Under the pieces are notes generated by a model. That model saw only the letters and a list, made by a program, of their open reading frames with translations. It was not told where the DNA came from and made no database searches. A DNA stretch of 64,000 nt from Paecilomyces variotii (taxonomy: Eukaryota): NCBI GenBank assembly GCA_004022145.1, contig RCNU01000001.1; one strand, given 5' to 3'. The stretch's first letter is position 1. Each line of letters starts with the position of its first letter. Positions 37,749-50,100 of the stretch are shown here, piece by piece. Both the position numbers and the translations under genes were made by a program.

Positions 37749-39424
37749 ATGGATTTTATTGTAAGTCTTTCCTGTTGCAGTCCCGTTCTGTCCGTTATAT
37801 GCCGCAAGCTGGCACACTGGTCTATCTTGTGCTGTCGCGTATCGGGGCTCTCCCTAGATACAGACGCACCCAATGCACCAAGAAATCCTGCATCTATATA
37901 CTCCTGCACTTAACACGATATGTGAGAAGAAGAAAGATCTCTTCTCAGTGGTCACATGCTACATTTATGTGTTGCGATCGTGTTGCCTTTTATGCGCTGC
38001 GTTGACCGTGTTGCTGACATGACTTTTGCCTCTAGCTCTCTCTCACGCATTTCTGCGAGGTGCATGGCCCAACCTCGATTCTATGCTCGCAGGTCCTTCC
38101 TTTTACCTGCTCACAATGTTATCCTGATCCTTCCGACCTCTCCCCTAATGACACTCCTGCGACCTCACACGAAACCACCTCTTCCCATGGCTTAGGAAAC
38201 CGTAGCCGCGATGGCCGGTCTCCATCCTTGCCGCGAGAGCCTCCCCTGTCGACCTCCGTGGCCAGCGCATCGACAACGGATCCGTCGAGCGGCTCTCAGA
38301 AGATTGAAGACCACCCGTACTTCCTAAGAGGACAGCAAAAGCGAGTGGATGCGGATGCGCTGAACCGTTTTGGGGGCGCCGATGGCGACACTTGCGCCAG
38401 CTGCAGTTTGACGCTTCCAGAAGATGTCAGCAAACAGCTGCCACCAGGTGCGCCTGGTACTGTCAAACCCGACGGCAAAGGCAGGAATGGGAGTCCGGTT
38501 CTACGATCGCGGGAGATGGTTTATTCTTGCGGCAGCAGTCATGATACCGACGATGACCACGATTCCCACTACCATTCTTCCTTTCCGGACTCTCTTCACT
38601 CGTCTTCAATCGCTTCCGATGCGTCATCCTGCCATACTCATATCCTCACTTATCTCTCCCTTCGCGGACCCCCTAACCCGGCGGACTACGCCCTTCTGCG
38701 ACGTTCGTCGATCCGGACACTGAGTTGCGAACTTCTGCCCAGAGGTCTGTCCTCGGGCCCGTTGTGCTTTGGCGATTCCGTTGCCGGTTACACGATTGCG
38801 TATATCTTCCGTCTTCCCGACCCGATGGCTCGTGGCAAACGTCGGAGCTATGCGCTGGTGGCGCTTGCTGGCAAGGATGCGGGACGGGCGTTCCGCGCGT
38901 CTCCCGTGATCTGGCGGGCGTTTGGTCGCATCGCCAATGGCATCGTCAAGGCAGCGGAACGATACCAAGAGGAAGAAAAGCGCCGCGAGGAGCACAGCCA
39001 AGGTGCGAACAAGATCGGTGGACGCAACTATACTCCTGTCTCGTCTTTCCTGACGGGCAGAACGATGGATCCTGATGGCATGCCCCGACGTGCTGGCCAG
39101 ATCCGTGCCCGAAATTTGGCGGAAATCGTTGGCAACGAAATGATTTTTGCAGAATTACACGCCAGTTTCGTGGCTTTGCTTCAGCAGCTAGGTTCAATGT
39201 TTGGCGGAGTGCCCGTCTCTGAAGAGCAATTCGTCTGCAGCGTGGTCGGAGATGGACAAAGCACCGCTGCTTCCCGGAAACCATCAGTCGTGTCGGTGAA
39301 GGAGAAGCAAAAACCGCAAGCACCTCCAGCAAACACTGCGAATGACCTTCCCATATCGAAATTAGAATTATCATCCGGCCCGAAGCCGATACCAATAGCC
39401 CAGCGTCGACCGGTCGTGGCGTGA
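37749..39424 (+). CDS. LST7: Folliculin/Lst7 homolog (longin part)
   Basis: 12-nt first exon (MDFI), intron 37761-38035, then LSLTHFCEVHGPTSILCSQ; CASCSL; IRTLSCE..GPLCFGD..YIFRLPDPMARGKRRSY; RNLAEIVG..IFAELHASFVALL. Confidence 0.92.
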
Positions 39425-40217
39425 TCGTCTTCTACGCTGAGCTATCCTTTTTTTTTTTACGTCTTGACGACTCCCACACTAGATCTCGTCCTCCGTGTGC
39501 ACACACACACTCTCACCGACCTTACTATTGCCCTTTGAAGCGCGCAAAGCGTCATCCATACCCCCCTTTTTCGAATCATCTTCCTCGACTTAACGGCCGA
39601 ACTTCCTCATGAGCAGGTATAGAACTGGCATGGCGTATTGCATATCTGGGTACGGAGTCCGGCATACCATCACAGCGATTGCTTCCATGGGTGGCTGAGC
39701 GATCTATTTGTCTTTTTTTGTCTCTGCATGGTGTCTAGTCCCTGCTGCGAGCGGGCCATGATGGGTGGCGTTTTAACATTTCTTGACTCGATCTGATTGA
39801 TCATAATGAATCACGGCAGATTAATATCTATAGTAGGTGTAAATAGCTTATGAGCTTATTGAATCCTGTTGCCAAGTCCTACCATCTTTTCTATCTTGCC
39901 TAGGCGTATGCTTCTGTATGCACTGTAGATTGTATCAGCATTTAATCTCTGTTTAGATGTGTGATGTAGACCAGGAACTATTCGGCGATCGGAGAAACTT
40001 TCCCTCCGCGAGCAGCATCGGCATTTAGCACGAAGCGACAGCCTGAGGACACCAACCGGGAAAAAACCCACCAAGAGCACAACCCGCATTGTGAACATCG
40101 AATTGCGCACCAGCCACCAACCACCACCAACGGTTTATTTCGACTCGAGAAAGGGGCACCCTTACTTGCTCTAGATACAAGAATATTAGACTGCGAGACA
40201 GTCTTCAGACAGAAACC

Positions 40218-41258
40218 ATGGTTCTCGCCTTCGACAAGTGCGAGACGCGCCCGGCGCACATTGATGCCATTCTCAGCGGCCTCGACCGATACAACCCAGA
40301 GACGACCACCGTCTTCCAAGACTACGTGGTGCAGCAATGCGAGGACAGGACCTTTGACTGCTATGCTAACCTGGCTCTGCTGAAGCTGTGAGTATTTCTG
40401 CTTTTCTCCTGCTCTCTTTATCTTGTCAGTTCGGGATTTTATGTGAGTGTGGGGTTACCCATTACTCGACGGGTTCAGATGATGATGAACTTTTTTTTAC
40501 CACGTTTCCTATTACCTGACCTCCCCTCTTGAACCGGGGGAGTATGGAGATCAATTATTAGCTCTACCTGAAATTGTACCCGCGAAACAGTCATCCCGGT
40601 TGTTGGTTTGATGGATCGTATTTGCTTTGCTGCATTTCGGGCCACGGTTTGCTGACGATGATCGACTCATATCCGGTATAGCTACCAATTCAACCCTCAC
40701 CTCCTCCAGCCTGAGACGACGACAAATATTCTCGCCAAGGCTCTCACCGTCTTCCCCTCTCCCGCCTTCTCCCTCTCCCTGGCACTTCTCCCCGCGCACA
40801 CGCAGCCTTTCCCTTCTTCCAACAGCGAGGAGTCCTCATCGCAGACTTCCGACTTTGTCGAGTCGATCCAGAAGCTCGCTCGTCTGAACACTCTGCTGGA
40901 GTCTGCCCAGTACTCTCTGTTCTGGTCGACCTTCAACTCTGATGACCTGTACGCTGACCTGGTCGCTGATGTTGCTGGGTTCGAGGAGCTGGTGCGTGTC
41001 CGCATCGCTGTCGAGGTTGGCAAGGCATTCCGTGAGATCAGCATCGACGTGCTTGCTCAGTGGCTGGACCTACGCAGCCGTGAAGCCCTTGAGAAGTTCG
41101 TCGCCGACGTTTGCGGCTGGGAGGTCGACAAGGCCGCTGCCATCGTGAGAGTACCCAAGAACAAGGAGAACGAGGCCCGCAGCGAGATCAAGGGCGAGCG
41201 TGTTGGAGTTGACATGTTCGGCCGTGTCATCAGGAGAGGTTTCGAGCAACCTGCCTAA
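40218..41258 (+). CDS. eIF3k: Eukaryotic translation initiation factor 3 subunit K
   Basis: Exon 40218-40387 (..[26 protein letters not shown]), intron 40388-40681, then [31 protein letters not shown]..; stop 41258. Confidence 0.93.
40470..40582 (+). ncRNA. Intronic box C/D snoRNA with two rRNA antisense guides
   Basis: C box ATGATGA (40479-85 or 40482-88), D' CTGA 40516-19, internal stem CTCCCC/GGGGAG, C' ATGGAGA 40544-50, D CTGA 40568-71, terminal stem CGGGT-CA/TG-ACCCG. Guides TATTAGCTCTA (complement of SSU UAGAGCUAAUA) and CACGTTTCCTATTA (pairs with LSU UAAUAGGGAACGUG, one G-U). Confidence 0.88.
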
Positions 41259-41958
41259 ATGGTGGGCGCTACTGCCTTTCCCTCTACCGGCCTGTTCGCA
41301 AGCATGCGAACCATTTCTTCACATTTTCGTCCCGATAAATACCACCCTTTCCTATTCTCTACTATTTACTTTTTTTTCTTTCCTATCCTACTTGAAGCCC
41401 GTGGATGAAGTTCGAAGGAAGCTCCCCACGGGGAGATGACTCGAAAACGACGAAGCATGGCGGGGTGGGAACTAAAATTTTCGCAAGGGGGGTACTCGGC
41501 GCAAATTGGCGTTCATGCAGTTCGCTTCAGACTCATGTTTGTCGATTTCTTTTTATTTATCCTTTTTTTTTAGTCTATGCATATTATGCCTATACATGTC
41601 TTGATGAAGAGGAAGACGAAGATGAAGCGGAGTGTCGAGACCCCATACCGTACGTCCGGGATGAAAAAAATAAATCGAGGATTATAGACATGTGAGAGAA
41701 AAGAGGATATTGACGAAATAGAGATAAAAGAAGATGATTCACAGTTCAACCCGTCTTGTGAACTGTATGTTGGAAACGTAATATGCAATAATATATTATC
41801 CTACTTCAAATATCGAATATCAGATGGAGGATTTAACATGACTATTTGAACATGGAAGAAGAGCGTGAAACGCTCTTTTTGTTTGCATTTACTGGATCAA
41901 TTATCTATGTACTTCTTTTTCTTTTTCCATATCGAAAGAGGTAGAAGAGCTAGTTAAA

Positions 41959-43307
41959 TCACTGCCTCTCCTCCCACTGTACACCAACCCATTCTTCCTT
42001 CCAGCCTGCAACGCCCACCTCTTCCGGACCACAGTCGCCAGCGCAGACGCCTAGGATGATGGTTCCCCATTCCATGCCTGCGTCATCCTTACCGAGACCG
42101 ACGCCCTCGCGGCCTTCTTCAAGGACGCTGATGGCGTGTGGGACGAGTTGTAGCTCGAAGACACGCTCGCGGCCGCAAGATTCGCAGCGCGGGATGCGGT
42201 TCCCGCTGCTACCACTAGCGGTCGTGACTCGGGTTCCGGAGCCTTGAGTATGAGTGTGGCTTTGAGGGAAGAGTTTGCTTACGGCGTCCTTGTGGGAGTA
42301 GAGGAGGGGAGAGCCGCGGAATTCGTAGCGTAGGGCTTGCTCTGGATTATGAGCTAGACGGGTCGAGAAGCGAAGGAAGGACTTGTCAACAGTGGACTCA
42401 AAAGCGTCCTTAGAGTCAGCGCCAGCGGCACCGGACTTGTCGTCCTCTTCTAGAGTCTGCACGTTGCTTGGGACGGTAGGTGTGGATGGCCGCGAGAGAG
42501 TCTCGTATTCCGCGTCCAGGTAGTAATGAGGGTATGGTTCTGGGAATGCAGACTGCGGCGGCCATGGCGCGACGGGACCGGCGACGACTGGAGCTTTAGT
42601 TGGAGGCGGAGAAGATACACGGACTTTATCCGCGAAGGATTCTGAAAGACCCTGAACGGGCGTCTGCGCTGGTTTCGCAGCAGGAGTGGGCAGCGGCGCG
42701 AATGGGTTCGATTGCGCGGCGGATGAGCTCGAGGTGGTGGAGAAGGGGTTCACGTTTCCTCCAAGACCATTGCTCGAGGGAGCTGCTCCAAAGATACTCG
42801 CTCCAAGATCCTGCTTGGGAGCTTGCGTCTGCGTCTGCTGCTGCTGCGGCTGCGGCTTTTTCTCCTCTGACTGCTTCTTTTGTTTCGTACTTTGCTTCAG
42901 CTTCCTGACCCCGCGAAGGGCCCTGATACTTCCAGCCTTCCGATTGCATGTCTTTCGGGGACAACCAAATATATATAGCCGTCGCTCATCGTCGGGGAAG
43001 TGTTCGGGTAGGTCGCCATTTAGTTCGAGGAGCAGCAGCATGGGGTTGTTGCAGACCTTGCATTTAGCAAAGTCGCCTGGAGGCGGGGTCTTTTCGTCGA
43101 GCCACGTCTGCCAACGGAGGAAAGGTCAGTAAACCGCGCGATAATGTGACAAAATGTTTGGATACGCCCTTGACATACCGGCCATCCACCCAAGTGGCTA
43201 ATTGTATCATCTGTGGCCTCGGGGGAAGCAAAGCCAAGGAGAACTCCGGTCTCCGTGTAGTCCCCCTCATCTTCAAAACCGGAGGAGTCACTGTCGTAGG
43301 GGTCCAT
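41959..43307 (-). CDS. TSR4: PDCD2-like / Tsr4 ribosomal protein uS5 chaperone
   Basis: Intron 43178-43108; VLLGF..SHLGGWP|TWL..CKVCNNPMLLLLELNG; NPEQALRYEFRGSPL; CESCGRERVFELQLVP; MEWGTI. Confidence 0.9.
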
Positions 43308-43890
43308 TATGTGTGGTGATTTGGGCGTTTAAGTAAGGCCCGGGGGATTAGATTTGGGTATATCGTGTATTTCAGCTGATCCCAGCTCTTGTTGGCAAAA
43401 CTCTAGACCAGCGCGCTGGCAATAAATCACCGTCAACTGTTTTAAACAAAATAATAAAATATTCAATCTTTCGCGATAAGCGATACCTAGATGGCGCTTA
43501 TCTTAATCGGGACTAGTTGGTTCAAAGTCTCCACCACAGCTGTTACGGACCGGTAATTTAACGGTATCGATACGAGTTGACGGTATCGCGCTGTACGGGA
43601 TCTGCATTGCATCCCTGTCAAGCACTGACTGGAGATGCTGCGCTGACGTGCCGACACCGCCTGGAGCATCTGATGTTTTTAATGTCGTTATTGACTTGCT
43701 ATTGAGAGCCTGTGAAGTCCTTAATTGACATATATATGTTATCCCAGTATTGCATGCTGGTATCCGCTTTGAATGATATCAGCTAAGTATCGTTGTGCTG
43801 TGACTGCCATTTGAGGATACGGAGTACCTGCTCTGGGTTGGATTTGTGTAAAGATACGTTTTTATGGGATATTCATCGACGACTGGAGCC

Positions 43891-45564
43891 ATGGGAGCTT
43901 TTCGGAGCTTATTTCTCTTCTTCTGGATTACTGCATGGTACAGTTCTCTCGTCTACGCTGACAATCAAGTGCCTCTGCGTGGCGCTGAAGAGAACCAGCC
44001 CAAGCGGATCGCAGTAATCGGTATGATCATACGAGAATGAATAGGTGTGTTGAAATGATACTAACTGATTTGCATAGGAGCTGGTTCCGGAGGTGCATCC
44101 ACAGCTCATTTCCTTCGGAAATATGCAGACTACTTTAAGGTTCCTGTGAACATCACGGTATACGAGCGGGCTTCCTACGTGGGTGGTCGCTCCACGACGG
44201 TCAATGTCTTTGATGATCCATCCATCCCGGTCGAGCTGGGTGCCTCGATATTTGTCGAGGTGAATCGGAACCTGGTCAAGGCGGCCAAGGAGTTTGGCCT
44301 TCTGACTGAGACAGCCTTCAGCGCTCGTCCCAGGGATTCCGATGACAGCCTTGGTGTCTGGGACGGTCAGCGGTTCGTGTATCAGCAGCAAGATACCTCC
44401 TTCTGGTGGAACATTGCCAAGCTGCTCTGGAAGTATGGATTGGCACCTGTGCGCACTCAGAGGTTGATGAAGCAGACAGTCAACAAGTTCTTAGGGCTGT
44501 ATGAGTCTCCTCTCTTCCCTTTCAGTTCCTTATCCGATGCTGCGAATGCTGCCAGTTTGCTGGATGCCACGGTATCAACGGGAGCGGAGTTTCTCGAACG
44601 TAATGGTGTCTCCGCGGACTTTTCTAGAGAGATCATCCAGGCGAGCACGCGGGTGAACTATGGTCAGAATCTACCTCTGATTCACGGCCTGGAGACGATG
44701 GTCTGTATGGCCGCTGAAGGTGCCATTTCTATCCAAGGTGGAAACTGGCGGATCTTCGACGCGATGCTGAAAGCTTCTGGCGCGGAGGTGCGACTGAATA
44801 CCTCCGTGGCTTCTATCAATCAAAAAGAAGATGGCACACTGAGCGTGTCCTCTACCACCGGCCATTCTGCGGCGGAGCAATCAGAGTTTGATGAAGTGGT
44901 GATTGCTGGCCCTCTGCAGGAAGCTGGTCTGACGATCTCCCCTGAACTGGACCACGTCCCTGACAGAATCCCCTACGTGGAGCTCCATGTGACGCTATTT
45001 GCGTCGCCCCATCGCATTTCGCCGCAGTATTTCAATTCCGGAGCTTCCAGTGTTCCTGAAACTATCCTCACTACGCTTCCTCAAGGATTAGATCTCGGAT
45101 CTCGGCGGGATGGCGTCGGTCCGACTGGATTCTGGAGTATTAGCACTCTCCAGAAAGTGAAGGCGCCATCGCAGTCTGAGGAACATTATGTCTATAAGAT
45201 CTTCTCTCCTCAGCGTCTATCTGCCCAGTTTGTCGCCGATATTCTGGGATTAGATAGGGAAGCGGAATCAACGAAAGCTGCGACTAACCCCACGATCGGA
45301 GACCTCCCTCGAGAGGACGTCAGTTGGTTCTATGAGAAGACATGGCACTCCTACCCCTATCTGTACCCACGGGTGACCTTCGAGGAGATTTCCCTGGCTC
45401 CCCATATCTGGTATACGAGTGGCATTGAAAGTTTTATCTCGACGATGGAGACGAGCTCACTGATGGGGAAGAATGTAGCAGCGTTGATCGCGCGCTCTTG
45501 GCTGGACAAACCCGACCAGGATACGGAGGAGGAGTGGAATCATTGGGATAAGGCTGAACTTTGA
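43891..45564 (+). CDS. Prenylcysteine oxidase/lyase
   Basis: Signal peptide; intron 44021-44077 inside RIAVIG|AGSGG (FAD-binding); VELGASIFV.VN.NL; ASTRVNYGQ; YTSGIESFISTMETS; C-terminal KAEL. Confidence 0.9.
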
Positions 45565-47168
45565 AGAGTTGCGTTCCCGAATAATTACTGTATACATTTA
45601 TGACTCCGAAAATGCAGATTTCGATGGGATATACATCTCACGTGGGGAGGGTCATGACCAGTAACCTCTACTGATGATCGTAACGCCGTTTATAATAATC
45701 TACGTTACTCCAAAGCCAATCAAGTCTCGTATTCGGGCCTTCTGATCTCACTCCCTCGATGAGACTTTTAGAACAGAGCATGATCACCATTTTAGACTTG
45801 TTTGTTGTACATAGACCGGTTTGCAACCAGTCCACGGCCTTGTCCAGTCACAAATGATGAGTCATGAACATGCATGTACGATGCCTACTGAGTGGCTGAG
45901 TTCCCATCACGACTGAGATAGCGGTACACAACGCGCCTTTGTCCTCGACTCTTTGAATGCAGGTATTTGTCCGAGCCCTAGGAGAACCTTGGTATCGCCG
46001 CAGTAGTTTGAGATACTAAATCGCGCTGGCAGCTGGCTGCCAGTAATACAAAGCGGTGAACACATGTTTCTGGACCTTTTCTCGCTGGGGTCTGTGAGCC
46101 TGAGCCTCACTCTGAGGAGGCGGTGGGAATATAGGCTGAAGCCCCGGAGTAGACTAACTAGCAGAGTAATAATAGGTCATTACCAGGCTGTACTACCGTA
46201 AGTACCTTGGAACGCCAGGCAGCCTCACAGTCTGGGGAATGCAGATTATCGTAGAGACTGGCCGACACTTACACTGTGGCCTGCTGGGGGTCATCGCAGT
46301 GAGAAATAGTCTCGATAGATAGAAAATGGTCATATTGGTTGATGAGATGACGCCGTGAAAGTCATCGCCGTCATTAATATTGCCTATCGAGCGTCATCTG
46401 TAATTTGTAACTAACCTAACGTAACTAGTCAGTTAGTTTACCAAACTAACCACGTCTGCTGAGGTAATCGAGCATGAGGCTATGATTGTATGGTCCTGAT
46501 TGGCTTAGTGGCGCTGCATAATCACATGCAACAGCTGTGATTGGCCGCCCCAGACATTATGCCGTACAGCTGATACGGTACGGTCACGCGAGAGGGCAGC
46601 AGCGCCAACCTCGACGAACTGCAGGCGCCAGATCGTCTCCTCCTCGTCCTCCAACTCTCTTTGATCCCACAAATCCAAGTCTTGCAGTCCACGGGCCATG
46701 TCGCTGCTGCCCGTGATGATGGCTGACCGGTGACGGTGCGTCCTGACTAGGTGTTTCTGTCGCTGTTCCCGTCTATCCATTGACCGATAACGGGTACCGT
46801 GCCGGAGTACATCATCTCAACTGTCTGGTGAGCTCCCATCGCTGCTGATTATTATCTCGCCCTCGCTAATAGGTGAGCTGCAGGGCTACTCCAGTTCATC
46901 GGTAGCTATAGAACTGAACTACTCAGATCTCCGCATGAGATAGCTTTTCCACCGTGTGACCTGACATTCCCTGGTTCTTGCCTCCGATCGACTTGTCGTC
47001 TCTCCGGCCTGCAACCGGGGGCCACTTCCCCTTCTCACATAGGATTACTGGTTGAGGCTCTTTCAGATCTCGCAAGCCGTATATACTCGTAACGGCTTTC
47101 CTTCTAGGCGTCCGGTGTTGTTCTGCTCCTGTACCCTATTCTGTGCTTCATCGCCGCCTGCACCGACA

Positions 47169-50100
47169 ATGCAGCCTTCCGACGTTGAAGACTCCATCAA
47201 GAATCGGATGGGCCGCCGACTCAACTTCCGCTCCAGATCGATCCATCGGATACCCTTCCACCAAGTGCCTGACCGTTTCAAAGATGGCGACGATGCCCAA
47301 GACGATTACACAGCGCCGCCCAAGGGTATTGGCGGCCGCGAATACATGCATCAGTCGATCTTCTCCATGATAGCTGCGGCCGGATCCAAGACAGATTTCC
47401 ATGGCAGATTCGACGACCCAAGTGATAGTGACGGGGAGGGTGAAGGGATTATAGAAGAGGATTCGTCTCGGGGGGCTTCCTCCCAGGCATCGACGAGAGG
47501 AAACAAGGGCCGCGAGGCAAAGTCGCCTACGAAGCGTGAGACGGAGAATACCCCAGCCAACAAGGACTCAGCGAAAAAGGATCTGCCGGAGGAAAGGGGT
47601 CGCGGACATAGGAGGAAGCTCTCAGATCATAGGCTGTTGCGCTCAGTACCGAAGCTACAGTCGAAGCATACAAAGGGCAAGGAGTCCGTTAGCCGGAATG
47701 GGTTGGGTGCAGGCGAAGAATTACTCCCAACATCACCCCAGAGACGACCACGGAGTCTGACACCGCGCGCTGCTCCAGTGCTTAGTCGAATGATTGAAGC
47801 TGAGGCTCGTTTTGGTGATCCGCCAAGCTCCAGAAAAGAGACCAAAAAGGCCCCTGAGGAGAAGAGTCCCACGAGGCAGCGCGCGGAGTCTGCGCCGTCC
47901 ACATTGCTGTCTACACGTCTTATGGAGATCTTTGGGTTCGAAAAGCCCGAGAAGGTTATTGGAGAGTACGCTTGCTGGCTGCTTCAGAGTGTCATGTTGC
48001 AAGGCTACATGTACATCACGGAAGGGCATGTCTGCTTCTACGCCTATCTTCCGAAGAAGTCTAATACAACGGTCAAGTCGGGTTATCTCTCCAAGCGCGG
48101 CCGCCAGAATCCAAAGTATAACCGGTATTGGTGCTCTCTGAAGGGAGATGTTCTATCATACTACGCCGACCCGTCCAATCTATATTTCCCCAGCGGCCAT
48201 GTCGATCTCCGCTACGGTATCTCTGCCGCCCTTGTCGAACAGAAAGACAAAGGCAAGGATGTGAAAGACTTTACTGTAACGACTGACCAGCGCACATACT
48301 ATTTCAGAGCAGATAGTGCCCCAAGCGCTAAAGAATGGGTGAGGACGCTACAGAAAGTCATTTTCAGATCGCACAATGAAGGGGACAGCGTCAAAATCTC
48401 ATTACCCATCGAGAATGTGATAGACATAGAGGAAAATCCGATGATTGAATTCGCCGAAACCATCAAAGTCAGGGTGGTGGAGAGCGGCGAGACCTATGCG
48501 ATTGATGAGGTACGCTGCAACTGTTCATTGATTAGTATTGGTTCTGACTAACTTGATATCTGTAGTACTTCTTTTCGTTCTTCAACTTCGGCAAGGATGC
48601 GTTCAATGTCTTGAGGAATCAAGTCAAGAATAGTCCGACACAAAGTAGTTCGCAAGAACTCCCCGGTGCTATCAGCGGTGATGGATCTGCGAAGCAAAAC
48701 CAAGAACGAACACTTGATGCTCACTTTCACAGTCCTCGCTCTGGTCGGTCCAGTCCCCGTTTCAATGAATCCGTTCAATCGACTCTTCTATCCCGTTCAC
48801 CTGATGCGGGCAAGGGTCGTATTCGGAGCAAGTCGACTGAGAGCGCGGGCCCGCTAAGCCCTCCTCGTGCCTATCTAGATCGATCTCCCCCCGATAATAA
48901 AGCCTCTTCCGATTCCTTCGTCCATTCCATTGAGCAGGGAACCGAGTCCTCTGCTGTCCTTCAGTCGATTACGGGCACTGCGGAATCAGCAAGCCAGATT
49001 TTGAATCGAAGCGATGTTTTTCAATCTCCGACCATTAATCGGTTGCGAGTGCCGTCTGACGCAGACGCGACTGGTCGTCGACAGTCTAACGATACAGCTC
49101 GCTCGGCGTCCGCCCGGGCCAAGGGCCGCGCCGACACAGTTGTCAATAAGGGGGACCACGAGGCTCAGGAAGCGCTCAGCGATTCGGAGAATGAAGTGAA
49201 TAGTCGGAGCAAGTATTCTACATCCGCACCGACCTTACAGGAGCTTGTCAAAGCTGGTACTTATCCCCTGCAACGAGCCGCCGGGTTGGCAGGCTATCTC
49301 AAGAATAGGTCAAAGCGAATGAGCACTCTCCTAGCCACGGAATCCATGGGCTACATAGAGAAAGTATCCGGGATGTGGGCAGGTGGTCGCAAACACTATG
49401 GCGAAGGAGAAGGCGTACTCCCTGACGACCAACTCGTTGATCCTGAAGATGAGGAACGTGGTTGCGGACATGGAGATCGCTTCCGAGCTCACTTTGCTCT
49501 GCCACCGACGGAGAAGCTTCAGGCCACCTATTTTGGTTTTCTTCATCGACTCCTGCCTCTCTACGGAAAGATCTATATCAGCAACAGAAAGTTCTGTTTC
49601 CGCAGTCTGCTACCGGGGACGAGGACGAAGATGATCCTACCGCTCAGGGATATCGAGAATGTGGAGAAGGAGAAAGGTTTCAGGTTCGGTTATCATGGAC
49701 TTGTCATCATTATTCGTGGTCATGAAGAGCTTTTCTTTGAGTTCAATGCTTCTGATGTGCGGGATGACTGTGCCGTCACTTTGCACCAGAGCTTGGAGTC
49801 CATCAAATTCTTGGCCGAATCTGGCATTCTTGCACAGGAAGACAGAGCGGAGGCGGAGGCGGCTAAAGCGGAACATCAAATGCTGCAAGAAGCCAGGCTG
49901 GGTACTGCCGGTGATACTGGCGAAAACTCGCGGGCTCTATCTCCACCAGAATCGCCTGAAATCCATCCGATCTTCGATGACCCGCGAGCGTCGATTATCA
50001 ATTTCAAACCTACAGAGCCGCTGAGGATTACCTGCTTGACAATTGGTTCTCGAGGCGACGTCCAGCCATACATTGCACTATGTAAGGGTCTGCTCGCGGA

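Noticed and set aside
40430-40442. Possible 13-nt poison micro-exon or nested intron (CAG..GTGAGT) in the eIF3k intron
   Set aside because: The upstream piece would be a 42-nt intron without a branch point, and removing the internal intron does not create a valid external splice site.
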